From sequence record NC_028945.1: 64,000 nt of DNA; one strand, 5' to 3'. Below the pieces are notes generated by a model that saw nothing but the letters and a program-made list of their open reading frames with translations, did not search any database and was not told where the DNA came from. Position 1 is the first letter of the stretch. Each line of letters opens with the position of its first letter. Both the position numbers and the translations under genes were made by a program. Shown piece by piece: positions 9,975 through 19,727 of this stretch.

Positions 9975-10040
9975 GAATAATTTTTGAAATCATCCCAAAT
10001 TTCGCTTGACTTGGGTGTGGAAATCTCTTATCAAAAGAAC
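9975..10040 (+). promoter_or_regulatory. Early promoter cassette
   Basis: AATAATTTTTGAAAT upstream; TTGAC at 10006. Confidence 0.6.
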
Positions 10041-10063
10041 ATATCCAACCCATCCGAGAGGAT

Positions 10064-10351
10064 TTGCCCATGTCGTTCGCCCCTTTCAAGATCACCGATG
10101 ACGTCCTTGGCGGCTTTGTAGAAAAGTCACATGGTCACTTTTTCGAATACTCCCAAGACACGAAGGCGTTGCCGCCTCTTGACGCTTTCCCCGTGAAGGT
10201 GTGGGTTACGCCAGCGGGCAAATCCACGCCCGAATTCCGTTGGGCAAAGGTGCTCAAGACGGTTGCTCATGTCGTGGTCGATGAAGACCCCGAAGGCAAG
10301 CCAGTGATCGAAAAGTGGAACATCAAGGACCATAAGCACTACAAGCAATAG
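10064..10351 (+). CDS. Hypothetical protein
   Basis: GAGAGGA RBS; ATG alternative at 10070. Confidence 0.65.
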   Translation: MPMSFAPFKITDDVLGGFVEKSHGHFFEYSQDTKALPPLDAFPVKVWVTPAGKSTPEFRWAKVLKTVAHVVVDEDPEGKPVIEKWNIKDHKHYKQ

Positions 10352-10363
10352 AAGGAATCAGTT

Positions 10364-10678
10364 ATGTTGAAAACGACGCGTCTCGCCCTTGCTCTGATCG
10401 CCTTTGCCACACCGGCAAGTGCTTGCGATTTCTACAAAAGCAAGTTCATGCTCCATTGGGCACTCACCGAAGACGACGTCGTTTATTCGACAACCGACAC
10501 CGAATCAAAAGAGCCGGTGTATGTGGTTGACGCCAAGGACGCGCTCCCGGACGGGCGCTATGCGCTCGCCATTCAGGACACCGCATCCTGTACGTTCGAT
10601 GTCATATCCGGCGACATGTCACGAATCATGTATTTCATGGAAACACACGTCTACAACCGAATCGAAGGGTATAAGTGA
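10364..10678 (+). CDS. Hypothetical secreted protein
   Basis: Signal peptide LALALIAFATPASA. Confidence 0.6.
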   Translation: MLKTTRLALALIAFATPASACDFYKSKFMLHWALTEDDVVYSTTDTESKEPVYVVDAKDALPDGRYALAIQDTASCTFDVISGDMSRIMYFMETHVYNRIEGYK

Positions 10679-10869
10679 TGGACACGTTGGAAGTGAAGAT
10701 TTGGGAAACTCAACCGATGGGTTTCGCCTCTTTCCGCGACAAGCTCATGGCATTTTGTTATGAAAACAACTGCGCGCCGGATGACGTCCTGATCGCTCCC
10801 TATGTCGAAATGGAGTTTGACGAAATCGCTTATACCGGCATCCGTCTCACAATAAAGAAAGCAGAATGA
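10675..10869 (+). CDS. Hypothetical protein
   Basis: Coupled ORF. Confidence 0.55.
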   Translation: MMDTLEVKIWETQPMGFASFRDKLMAFCYENNCAPDDVLIAPYVEMEFDEIAYTGIRLTIKKAE

Positions 10870-11048
10870 TGGACAGGCACGACTTTCACGAAGACCTGAT
10901 GAGCATTCAGGCTTCACTCCACGACATGGATCGCTGGTGCCTTCACGCTGTCCACAAGGACGGCTTTAGTCTGGACCGGATCAACGATTTCCTTCACCGG
11001 TTGCGGCACATCGAACGACTGGTGGCAAAGCACGAAAAGGACAACTAA
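10866..11048 (+). CDS. Hypothetical protein
   Basis: Coupled ORF. Confidence 0.55.
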   Translation: MMDRHDFHEDLMSIQASLHDMDRWCLHAVHKDGFSLDRINDFLHRLRHIERLVAKHEKDN

Positions 11049-11051
11049 TTC

Positions 11052-12026
11052 TTGACACTTCAAATCATTTCAAAAACTGTATATGGTTCCCGCCTTTACG
11101 GCACTTCCACACCTGAATCGGATCACGATTACAAGGGTGTCTTCATCCCAACAGCATCCGAGATTGTCGCGCCCCGCATTGTCGAAGTGAAGAACTTCAG
11201 CACGGGCGACAAGACGTCCAAGAACAGCGCCGACGACGTGGACGAAGAGTATTTCGCCGTCCATAAGCTCATGCACATGCTGAAGCAAGGCGACATGGTG
11301 GCGACCGAAATGCTGTTCGCCCGCTATGACGACATGACGCCGGAATGGGATTACATCCTTCAGCACCGTCATAAGCTTGTGTCGCGCAAGATGAAAGGCT
11401 TTGTCGGCTACGCACAACGACAGGCGAATGTCTACGGCGCAAAGGGTATCCGACTGAAGGAAGTTCAGGAGACTATCACCTTCCTGAAGTACAACTTCAC
11501 CATGTCCGACAAGCAGGAAACCAACCCGGATGCGGAAAAGATCATTCGTCAATTCTGCGAAGGCAAGGTTCATACCAAAGTCACGATGATCGAATCGAAA
11601 GGTAAGGACGTCTTCCATCTGGAATGTTGCGACCGCAAGGTTCCGTTGACCGTGTTGGGCAAGGAAGCTTTGAAAATTTACCGCAAGGTTGAGGAAGAAT
11701 ATGGAGCGCGCGCCCGTGCGGCTCAAACCGGCGAAGGCATCGAATGGAAGTCGATGATGCACGCGGTTCGCATTTCCCATGCGGCGCTGGACCTTCTCAC
11801 CACCGGCAAGCTCGAATATCCTTTGAAGGAAAGCTTCGCCGAATTTTTGAAGTCAATCCGTCGTGGCGAAATCGAGCATTCAATAATTGAAAAAATTCTC
11901 GAAGAGAACTTGACAGAGATATCTCGCCTCTGTATGTCGTCAACCATATTGCCGGAAGAACCGGACGAAGCGTTGATGAAAGAAATTGTTGAAACACTCT
12001 ACATCCAAAAAGTGAAGAGCGCTTAA
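11052..12026 (+). CDS. Pol-beta-family nucleotidyltransferase (T4 NrdC.11-like)
   Basis: YGSRLYGTSTPESDHDYKGVF; obligatory TTG start (in-frame stop just upstream). Confidence 0.85.
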   Translation: MTLQIISKTVYGSRLYGTSTPESDHDYKGVFIPTASEIVAPRIVEVKNFSTGDKTSKNSADDVDEEYFAVHKLMHMLKQGDMVATEMLFARYDDMTPEWDYILQHRHKLVSRKMKGFVGYAQRQANVYGAKGIRLKEVQETITFLKYNFTMSDKQETNPDAEKIIRQFCEGKVHTKVTMIESKGKDVFHLECCDRKVPLTVLGKEALKIYRKVEEEYGARARAAQTGEGIEWKSMMHAVRISHAALDLLTTGKLEYPLKESFAEFLKSIRRGEIEHSIIEKILEENLTEISRLCMSSTILPEEPDEALMKEIVETLYIQKVKSA

Positions 12027-12049
12027 CAAACACCCAACACTCGATTTCT

Positions 12050-12056
12050 CTAAATA
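12050..12056 (+). promoter_or_regulatory. T4-type late promoter
   Basis: CTAAATA about 33 nt upstream of the endonuclease gene. Confidence 0.55.
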
Positions 12057-12089
12057 CTCTCAGAGCAATAACTTTGAGAGTATTTTAGA

Positions 12090-12716
12090 TTGTGGACAAA
12101 ATCTTTTAATAAAGAAAAATATGGTTTCATTTATATTTGGTTCGACCGCAAGCGGAAGATGTATTACATCGGCAGTCATTGGGGACACGTAGATGACAGA
12201 TATGTCTGTTCTTCCAATCGAATGCGCGATGCTTACCGACGCCGGAAGGATGACTTCAAAAGAAAGATATTGACATACGTTTTCACCAATCGACAAGATT
12301 TGCTTGATATGGAGCAACGTTGGTTCGACTTGGTTAAGCGGAAAGATCGATACTACAATCTCCATTTTGATGTCAAAAATCCGTGGTGGATGGACAGCGA
12401 TTATGGATTGACCGTGAGGCAGAAAATATCTAAAGCCAACAAAGGTAAACCCAAGCCATCCCCAAGTGATGAAACCCGCGTAAAGATGGGCGCGGCTAAC
12501 AAAGGCAAGGTTCTTTCCGAAGAACACAAAGAGAGAATTGCCGCACCACAACGAAAGACCTACACGTTCATATCTCCGGATGGTCAACTCATCACGACAC
12601 AAAACCTGAAGCTGTTTTGTGTGGAGAACAACCTAAGCCCAACAAACATGTGCCAGCTTGCGAAGGGTACGTACAAAAGAGTTACGTACAATGGTTGGCG
12701 CGTTTGTCAATCATAG
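12090..12716 (+). mobile_element. Free-standing GIY-YIG homing endonuclease (Seg-like) with NUMOD3 repeats
   Basis: GFIYIW...YYIGSH; SDETRVKMGAANKGK; lower GC than flanks. Confidence 0.85.
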
Positions 12717-12730
12717 CAGGAAATTTTAAA

Positions 12731-13165
12731 TTGTTCGATCATTACACCTTGACATTTGTCTTTAATGAAAATAAACAAGTGCTACTTGTCAAATCAGGGA
12801 AATTTCAAAACTATTACAATGGAGTTGGTGGCATCGTTGGGAAGAATGAAAATGTTCAAACCAGCGTTCTAAAAGCGCTTAAAGACGAAGCTGGAATCAT
12901 TCCAAAACTTGAATTGGGGTTTAGCGATTTTCGTCTGTTCGGAGATATCCTTGGACCGAAATACAATGTTCGTTGTTTTCTCCTAAACCTGAAGGAAGGG
13001 AACCACGAAATAGTCACTCCAAAAAACCCCGGTAGGTCTCTGTTGTGGAGTGGCATCGATAGTTTCCCGGCAATGGCTCCACATGCACAAGCTTTGGTGC
13101 TTCTTGCCGCCAATAACATCACCAATGTTCGTATCGAAGATTACCCGCCACGAGAACGAAAATAA
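12731..13165 (+). CDS. Nudix-fold protein with degenerate Nudix box
   Basis: AGGA + TTG 12731; VLLVK...NGVGGIVGKNE...KALKDEAGI. Confidence 0.65.
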   Translation: MFDHYTLTFVFNENKQVLLVKSGKFQNYYNGVGGIVGKNENVQTSVLKALKDEAGIIPKLELGFSDFRLFGDILGPKYNVRCFLLNLKEGNHEIVTPKNPGRSLLWSGIDSFPAMAPHAQALVLLAANNITNVRIEDYPPRERK

Positions 13166-13548
13166 TGTTTAAATATTTCCCGGAACGACACGAAAAGATC
13201 GCTTTCGATACCGGCTCCGAAATCGCTATAGAGCAAGTGCTTCGGGCGAATGATGATGTCGGTGTCCATCTGATGACCGATGACCGGATTCCGTTCGAAG
13301 ACGTCCTTGGTCCGGCGGATGACGAGATTGGCAACGCATGCCGATTTGCGGCAAAGCGCATTGCTCAAATCGACCGGCTCTACAATGAGATTGGTTCGGC
13401 ACTCGATACGATTTGTTGCGATGCGATGCGAAACAAGGATTTCGAGACCTGTCAAAGATTGGTCGCACAACTCCCGGATCGTTCCTTCCACAAGACTGAA
13501 TTGGTTCAGTTCTTGCGTTGTTCCGGTCAACTAATTCGAAGAAAGTAA
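13165..13548 (+). CDS. Hypothetical protein
   Basis: TAATG coupling. Confidence 0.65.
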   Translation: MFKYFPERHEKIAFDTGSEIAIEQVLRANDDVGVHLMTDDRIPFEDVLGPADDEIGNACRFAAKRIAQIDRLYNEIGSALDTICCDAMRNKDFETCQRLVAQLPDRSFHKTELVQFLRCSGQLIRRK

Positions 13549-13563
13549 AAGAGGATTTAACAA

Positions 13564-13749
13564 ATGGTTAGAATAGACTCCGAATGGGATTTCGGTTATG
13601 GCGACACTGTGTTCCGTACAGAAGCCGAAGCAAGGCAACGGCTGAAGGAAGATGAAAACGTTCAGGACGTCGCTGAAGAATATGAGACGACCGTGGAAGG
13701 TCTGATCAGTCAAGGTCTGATTTCCTTTCAGACGGTCCTTCTCGGATGA
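13564..13749 (+). CDS. Hypothetical protein
   Basis: GAGGA RBS. Confidence 0.6.
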   Translation: MVRIDSEWDFGYGDTVFRTEAEARQRLKEDENVQDVAEEYETTVEGLISQGLISFQTVLLG

Positions 13750-13994
13750 GTGGTCCGAAATTTGTCGTGTATGTTCAACCAACCGATACCACCGACTTTT
13801 TTGTTCCGGTTGGGTATTGGACCACAACCGGCGTGATGGATGAAACCGCTGGTGAAGTGATTTCTGAAATCAACAAGCTAATTCAGGCGGAAGCCGATGC
13901 TTGGTATGATTTCTTTAAGACAAATCCGGATCGCGCCAGACGTCATGTGATGGAATGGGGTGGCGCAACCTTCCCCATCATAGCCACAAATTAA
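13746..13994 (+). CDS. Hypothetical protein
   Basis: ATGA overlap. Confidence 0.6.
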   Translation: MSGPKFVVYVQPTDTTDFFVPVGYWTTTGVMDETAGEVISEINKLIQAEADAWYDFFKTNPDRARRHVMEWGGATFPIIATN

Positions 13995-14188
13995 AGTTTC
14001 ACCGGCTCCCTAACTCCTTGCGCTCACGCGCTGCCAAGACCGTTACGGCGATTCTCATTCGTGATTGGTGGTTTCAAATCGACTCGGGGAAGTCGGCGCT
14101 CATCTGCATGGGTGGTCGAGAAAAATCACGATATACGGCGGGGATGGTTCTTTCGAGCCGTCCCCATTTTCATATTAGGAGATACTTA

Positions 14189-14383
14189 ATGAAAGATGAA
14201 GAACTGGCGATCCTCTATCGCAAGGCATTGAAATTTATCACTTACATACCGGCACAAGGCTATCTGTGGATAGACTACGACGGCGAATGGCATGGTCTCT
14301 ATGAATTGGAGCGCCAAGCGGTCGCGGATTTTTTCATATATTTGCTTGCTACCGACTTGACAGGCAGGGATGATTTAAATTAA
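14189..14383 (+). CDS. Hypothetical protein
   Basis: AGGAG + ATG 14189 (MKDEEL...). Confidence 0.55.
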   Translation: MKDEELAILYRKALKFITYIPAQGYLWIDYDGEWHGLYELERQAVADFFIYLLATDLTGRDDLN

Positions 14384-14386
14384 AAA

Positions 14387-14926
14387 TTGCCATCGATTAT
14401 TTCAAGAAAAGGCAATTTTGAAATGTTCAAAGATGTTTTTGTTTTGTCGTATAACTGGTCTGAATTGAAATGGATCGGAAATCCGGTTCCCGCCATGGTA
14501 ATGGCGACGGTTACCGAAGTCGCGGACGACGTCGATATTGACGTCTCCGATATCACGATTGGTTTCCAATCCGAACCCAACACTGGCGTTGCCCATGTTG
14601 ACGTGAACCAAATCAGTCTTGACAGGCGGTTCTTGCGAGAGACAGAGCAAGAAAATATGAAGTTTACGCTCTATCACGAGCTTCGCCATTTCGATCAATA
14701 TCGACGCGGCTTGTTGGATGTTGATACTGCCGGTGTTGTCTTGTGGATGGGGGTTCATCAGGTATGGCAGTCAGGCGACCATTATTTTCTGACACCATGG
14801 GAACGGGACGCCAATGCCTTCGCCATATCCAAGATGAAGCGCCATCAATACGAAAACAATCCGATTTTTCAGCGCATTGACCAAGCCATGCAGAATCACA
14901 ATGCCAAATATGAGTTGCTATTTTAA
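14387..14926 (+). CDS. HExxH zincin-like metallopeptidase
   Basis: TLYHELRHFDQ and PWERDA. Confidence 0.7.
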   Translation: MPSIISRKGNFEMFKDVFVLSYNWSELKWIGNPVPAMVMATVTEVADDVDIDVSDITIGFQSEPNTGVAHVDVNQISLDRRFLRETEQENMKFTLYHELRHFDQYRRGLLDVDTAGVVLWMGVHQVWQSGDHYFLTPWERDANAFAISKMKRHQYENNPIFQRIDQAMQNHNAKYELLF

Positions 14927-16158
14927 TGAATGAAATTTTCTATCCGGACCGTAAGAAATGGGATAACCACACTTTCGTCCATTACAAATTCCCGGCAATC
15001 CTCCACGTCTCCGATATGATCGAAGCAATTGAAGGTCGCGAAGAATTCCGCATGACGGATCGTGGCGACCATCTTGTTTTCAATTATGCCTTCACTACGG
15101 CAGAGACGTTCCCTCACGTCAATTCCAGTGACGACCGGACCGCAATGCTCTTGCGTGAATGTCGTGGCATCGCTTTCGACAAGGCAACCGGAAACATCAT
15201 CCGCCGTCCGCCGCACAAGTTCTTCAATTACAAGGAACGTCACGAAACGATGAATCCGAATTTCGATGAACTTCGGTACGACTTCCTTGAAAAGATGGAT
15301 GGTTCCTGTATCTCGGTTTATCGCATCGGCGGCAAGCTGATTTGGGGCACACCAGCGGGTGAAACCGACTATTCGCCAATGGTTGAAGAATTCGTCAAGG
15401 ACAACCCACAATATATTGAACTGGCGAATTACCTGATCGATCTGAACTGGACGCCATCTTTCGAATTCTGTTCGCGCAAGAACCGCGTCGTTCTTGATCA
15501 TCCGGTTGACCGGCTGGTGCTCCATTCGGTTCGCAATTGGTACACGGGCGAATATCTGCCCTATGATCAAATGTTGAATTTTGAGCAATTGAATATTGAA
15601 GTCGTCCATCGGCACAATTTCAAGCGGATCGAAAGCGTCCTTGACTATCTGGAAAACCTTCAGGACTCCGAAGGTCTGGTACTCCGGTTTGAAAATGGTC
15701 ACATGATTAAACTCAAGTGCGAATGGTATTGTAATCTCCATGGAGTGACGACCGGCATCCGTTTTGAAAAGGACGTGTTGAACCTGATCATCAATGACCT
15801 GTTGGACGATGCCAAGCCGTTCCTCCCCGAAGATATGGCGAAGCGACTTGAAGACTATTCGACCGAAGTCTATGACGGCTTGTTCGAATCGACCCGCTAT
15901 GTTGTTGGTCATATCGAAGCCGCACTTGCCGAAGGATTGACCAAGAAAGAGCTTGCCGCCCGTCACGACAAAGACCCGTTCTTTACGTTCATAGCACGCG
16001 GCTTTGATGATGCGATCCAAGGTCGAAGGGAAAAGATGTCTGACACGCTTGGAACAATCACGCTTCGACGGCTCAAAAAGGAAGCGTCCATGACGTCATC
16101 GCAAACGTGGATCGACAAGCGCCGTTATCTGTATGGCAATAAGAGGTTCGACATATGA
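14926..16158 (+). CDS. rnlA: RNA ligase 1 (T4 RnlA-like)
   Basis: RECRGIAF, KFFN, EKMDGS, EGLVL, KLKCEWY. Confidence 0.9.
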   Translation: MNEIFYPDRKKWDNHTFVHYKFPAILHVSDMIEAIEGREEFRMTDRGDHLVFNYAFTTAETFPHVNSSDDRTAMLLRECRGIAFDKATGNIIRRPPHKFFNYKERHETMNPNFDELRYDFLEKMDGSCISVYRIGGKLIWGTPAGETDYSPMVEEFVKDNPQYIELANYLIDLNWTPSFEFCSRKNRVVLDHPVDRLVLHSVRNWYTGEYLPYDQMLNFEQLNIEVVHRHNFKRIESVLDYLENLQDSEGLVLRFENGHMIKLKCEWYCNLHGVTTGIRFEKDVLNLIINDLLDDAKPFLPEDMAKRLEDYSTEVYDGLFESTRYVVGHIEAALAEGLTKKELAARHDKDPFFTFIARGFDDAIQGRREKMSDTLGTITLRRLKKEASMTSSQTWIDKRRYLYGNKRFDI

Positions 16159-16334
16159 GAGACCCCAACACACCGCTGAATGAGGCATGTGAGAAGGCAG
16201 TGAAGGACTATCTTGAACGGCGGTCGATGCTGTTCATCGAGTCGGCAATCGGCTGTCTTCTTGATACAAAAACCCCGGCTGAAGCTGCCGGGGTGTTGCG
16301 GGAATTTGCGGATCAGTTGGAGTCGTTCGGCTGA
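16155..16334 (+). CDS. 59-aa hypothetical protein
   Basis: ATGA overlap with rnlA; stop abuts the stop of the opposite-strand gene. Confidence 0.5.
   Translation: MRDPNTPLNEACEKAVKDYLERRSMLFIESAIGCLLDTKTPAEAAGVLREFADQLESFG
16268..16294 (-). terminator. Terminator for the inverted gene, embedded in the + strand ORF
   Basis: ACCCCGGC-7nt-GCCGGGGT with A5 on its left (U tract on minus strand). Confidence 0.65.
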
Positions 16335-16745
16335 TCACTTCTTGGTGACGACGTAGGGCTTGTCCCATTTGCCGATGTTCACGTCAACATAGAAGCCGAC
16401 GTTGAAGTAATCGGTCTGGATGTCGCTCTTGTCGTAGTTGCCGGTATTCAGGACAGTCAGTACTTCTTTCAGGAAGTCGAGGGCTTTGCCGCTGAAGTGC
16501 TTTTCGTAGTGGTACTGATTGACGTTGATGTTGTCTTTGACTTCACGGGCATCAGCACCGGCATAGGGATCGTTCTTCATGACTTCGTTGGCATTGGCGA
16601 TGAAGTCGATTGCGCCGCTGGCGATGTTGAGGACGACGGTCGAATGGTTATCGACGCCGAGCGAGGCTTTGACGTCGTACTTCTTACAAATCTCTTTGAT
16701 CTTCGGAGCGATTGCTTTTTTCATTTCTTGGGAGAAGTAAGCCAT
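16335..16745 (-). CDS. Conserved phage early protein (SDxxTDYF family)
   Basis: MAYFSQE..., NHST, SDIQTDYFNVGFY.DVNIGKWDKPY; own promoter cassette. Confidence 0.8.
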   Translation of the reverse strand: MAYFSQEMKKAIAPKIKEICKKYDVKASLGVDNHSTVVLNIASGAIDFIANANEVMKNDPYAGADAREVKDNINVNQYHYEKHFSGKALDFLKEVLTVLNTGNYDKSDIQTDYFNVGFYVDVNIGKWDKPYVVTKK

Positions 16746-16760
16746 GTCGAAGAACCTTTC

Positions 16761-16838
16761 TCGTTTCTCTCTATGATTTGAAATTAGACCAGATTCCGAT
16801 TCCGGTCAAGAGTAATTTCAAATTATTTCGAATTATTT
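16761..16838 (-). promoter_or_regulatory. Inverted early promoter cassette
   Basis: Reverse complement is near-identical to 38775-38840. Confidence 0.85.
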
Positions 16839-16886
16839 TGTTCCGCGTCCGTTCATGGACGCTAAAGCGAAGGTTGCCATTTCGTT

Positions 16887-17570
16887 ATGACTTGTTCCGG
16901 TTGTGTTTCCTGTATATTTGACAATCCTAACATACCTGCCGATGCTCACGAAATCCATATCACCGTGGAGAATGCCGACGTTGACCGGTTCCGAAAGGCG
17001 TGCGCCGAACTTGGCGTCAAGCCGGTGTTGATCGCCATGCAGGAAGAGAACGGCGGCACCTTTCATCATCTGATGACGTCGCGCACCTATCGTGGACCTG
17101 AACAAGCGGCACTTACGCAATCGATCACAGACGCCGGTATGTTCCTTGTGCGGGGTTTCGATGTCGTCCGATCCAAGATCGAAACGACGTTGACAAACCC
17201 GATAGCTAACCAGCCGGACCGCACGTTTGGTTATTTCGAGTCGCACGTCGAACTGAAGGTTCCGCACGTGTTCATGTGTGTGTCTAAGTACGAGCATCAG
17301 GGGTGGATGGATACGCTCCGCAATGCCGTCGATGAAGTTAACCCTTATCTGAAGCTGTCTCACAATCCGTTCAAGATCGATTACAATGAATGGACGGTCT
17401 CGTATTTTGCGACACTCCGGGAAACCCGTCTGGACGTCAACGCACATATTTTCAATAAAATGGTGGAATCGACTGTTGAGGGGTTGTCTAAGAAATTCCG
17501 TGTGGGTAAGGTGCGAACCGAATTCGCATGGTTCGATTCAAATTTCGAACTGGACAAGGGATGGAAATGA
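16887..17570 (+). CDS. Conserved hypothetical protein
   Basis: HEIHITV...GFDVVRSKIE...YFESHV; start uncertain. Confidence 0.65.
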   Translation: MTCSGCVSCIFDNPNIPADAHEIHITVENADVDRFRKACAELGVKPVLIAMQEENGGTFHHLMTSRTYRGPEQAALTQSITDAGMFLVRGFDVVRSKIETTLTNPIANQPDRTFGYFESHVELKVPHVFMCVSKYEHQGWMDTLRNAVDEVNPYLKLSHNPFKIDYNEWTVSYFATLRETRLDVNAHIFNKMVESTVEGLSKKFRVGKVRTEFAWFDSNFELDKGWK

Positions 17571-17872
17571 AAACAAAGAAAGTCGTAACGGATGCCGCGC
17601 TTGATGCCTTTATCGCATCCGCACAAGAACAAGGTGCATACATCGCTGAAAGTAAAGTGACGAACGGTTGTTACGCTGCATGCGGGACATTCGATCTTCG
17701 CGAAGCCCTTCGACGCGCTTTCAATGCCGAAGGGCGACCGGCGAATTGCCGCAACCGGCTCCGGGACGAAGGTGAACACTATCCGCGATCCGGTTGCGAT
17801 CATTGCCGGAATGGTGGCTTGTTCGGTTGCCCGTTTGAAATCGAGAGGAACGTTCCCCGTGATCTCTTATAA
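17567..17872 (+). CDS. Hypothetical protein with Cys-rich C-terminus
   Basis: C.N...GCDHC...GC. Confidence 0.55.
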   Translation: MKTKKVVTDAALDAFIASAQEQGAYIAESKVTNGCYAACGTFDLREALRRAFNAEGRPANCRNRLRDEGEHYPRSGCDHCRNGGLFGCPFEIERNVPRDLL

Positions 17873-18033
17873 GGACCGGACCTTCTGTTCCGCTTCCTAT
17901 AACCCGTGTGTCAACAAGCAGTGTCACCGGTTCCTTTCGAAGAAGGAATTCTCACGCGCGGATGAACTGGATTTGCCGATTGCCTATTCGGATTTTTCGG
18001 GCACGTGCGGCGCAATGATCAAGAGTGACGAGG

Positions 18034-18234
18034 ATGCTACCTGAAGACGAACACGAGCTTTTCCAAGACTGGACCGGATCGACATGGAATCGAATCATCG
18101 TCCGGAATGGGAAAGGTGACGAAATTATGACGGTCCGTACGATGACCGAAGAATTCCGCGAACGAATCGAAAAAGTCCATGGTTCCGTGACGTTATCCTA
18201 TGTCGGCGGCAGCATGGACGGCACCACGAATTGA
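18034..18234 (+). CDS. Hypothetical protein
   Basis: GAGGA-proximal ATG (MLPEDEH...). Confidence 0.5.
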   Translation: MLPEDEHELFQDWTGSTWNRIIVRNGKGDEIMTVRTMTEEFRERIEKVHGSVTLSYVGGSMDGTTN

Positions 18235-18344
18235 CATTAACCGACCTTTTGGCATAGTCCATCTGGTCTAATTGGAGAAGACGAAGAAGTCATCTTAAAA
18301 CGTCCGGGGAAGACAACCGGATTCATAAACCAAGGAAAGTATCA

Positions 18345-18707
18345 TTGAAATATCTGAACATCGTTGCCGTAGGACTATCAATGGTCCTGTCGGCGTGTTC
18401 CACCGTCGAGTCGAAGGAAACGTCCAAAGACTGTGGTGGAGCTTCGTGGTACGCGCTACATGGACGGCAAACTGCTTCCGGCGCGCGTATGGACCAAAAC
18501 GCCATGACGGCGGCGCATAAGTCCCTCAAATTCGGGACAAAGCTCAAAGTCACCAACCAACGAAACGGGAAATCAGTAGTTGTCACTATCAACGACCGTG
18601 GACCTTTCATCAGGGGTCGAAAATTGGACCTGTCGAAAGGCGCGGCATCGAAAATAGGAATGGTACGCTCCGGGCATGCCAAAGTCTGCTACAATATCAT
18701 GAAATGA
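18345..18707 (+). CDS. rlpA: RlpA-family lytic transglycosylase lipoprotein
   Basis: Lipobox LSAC; [29 protein letters not shown]; TTG start. Confidence 0.92.
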   Translation: MKYLNIVAVGLSMVLSACSTVESKETSKDCGGASWYALHGRQTASGARMDQNAMTAAHKSLKFGTKLKVTNQRNGKSVVVTINDRGPFIRGRKLDLSKGAASKIGMVRSGHAKVCYNIMK

Positions 18708-18716
18708 AATCAAAAT

Positions 18717-18743
18717 CGGGGTTGGGCTTCGGTCCGACCCTCA
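18717..18743 (+). terminator. UUCG hairpin after rlpA
   Basis: GGGGTTGGGC-TTCG-GTCCGACCCT. Confidence 0.6.
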
Positions 18744-18762
18744 TTCATTAGGGAATACTTAA

Positions 18763-19014
18763 ATGAAGAGATATGAATTGCGGGTAAAATTCTATGCCCG
18801 ATCCGTCGATGACGAAACGTTCCATTATGTGATGGATCATATGCGGCACGGGCATTTTGAATACAGCTACGGCAGGAACATCAACAATCAGTTCGACACC
18901 ATGGAATTCGTTTTCCGAGGGCTTTCCGAACAAGGTGTTGAAACCACGAAAGAGTGGTGGCGGGCGCTGAATCTTGAAGGCGGCAATTTCACGACGGTTG
19001 AAACATACGGCTGA
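18763..19014 (+). CDS. Hypothetical protein
   Basis: ORF in + strand run. Confidence 0.6.
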   Translation: MKRYELRVKFYARSVDDETFHYVMDHMRHGHFEYSYGRNINNQFDTMEFVFRGLSEQGVETTKEWWRALNLEGGNFTTVETYG

Positions 19015-19286
19015 TGGACGAAAATATTGTTGTCAGGCGTTGGTTCTTCGCCTATAGTAAATACCTTCAGTTGAACGAACCCGACATCACAGAAGAAGAA
19101 ATCTGTTTCCGGTTCGCTGAAGTCTCAAATTCTTTCATGAAAATGTATGAAGAGAACCCGGAACGATGGTCCGGGAACATTGCTGTCATGTTGGTTCATT
19201 ATACCGACATGTACGAACGATTGAGCGAAAATTTGATTTATCGAGGGGCAACGACAAGCTCCGAAAAGACAAGGTGGTCACTTTAA
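19014..19286 (+). CDS. Hypothetical protein
   Basis: TGATG coupling. Confidence 0.6.
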   Translation: MDENIVVRRWFFAYSKYLQLNEPDITEEEICFRFAEVSNSFMKMYEENPERWSGNIAVMLVHYTDMYERLSENLIYRGATTSSEKTRWSL

Positions 19287-19289
19287 AAT

Positions 19290-19727
19290 ATGAGTTTGTA
19301 CCTTCATAATCGCGTCCTGATATACAGAACGAACAATTCAGAACTTGACGGGGTTTATGGTAAGATCACTGGTCTTGCTGTCGATGGGCATATCAAGATT
19401 TGGATCGTCACTCTTGATGTCGCTCTGAAGGACGGCACCACAACGGTGGCGATTCCGGAAGTGTGTTTGACCATGATACCGGATCGCTATCCACCTTATC
19501 CGGACTATGAAAAGACGGTTCCAAAAACTCCGAACTACCCGCTCCCGGCATATCCAGCACCAAAGCCCGAAGATAAATACTGGTGGGATCAGTTCCAACG
19601 CGAGGCTTGGAAAGACCCAAACCCGATTGTCGGTCAATGTGCGAAATGTAAGCGGGATATTCGCCACATTGAATATTACGCGTGTGGCACCTATGATTGC
19701 CCAATTCAACCGAAAGTGTGGTTATAA
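19290..19727 (+). CDS. Hypothetical protein, Pro-rich linker and C-terminal Cys cluster
   Basis: CAKC...CGTYDCP. Confidence 0.6.
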   Translation: MSLYLHNRVLIYRTNNSELDGVYGKITGLAVDGHIKIWIVTLDVALKDGTTTVAIPEVCLTMIPDRYPPYPDYEKTVPKTPNYPLPAYPAPKPEDKYWWDQFQREAWKDPNPIVGQCAKCKRDIRHIEYYACGTYDCPIQPKVWL

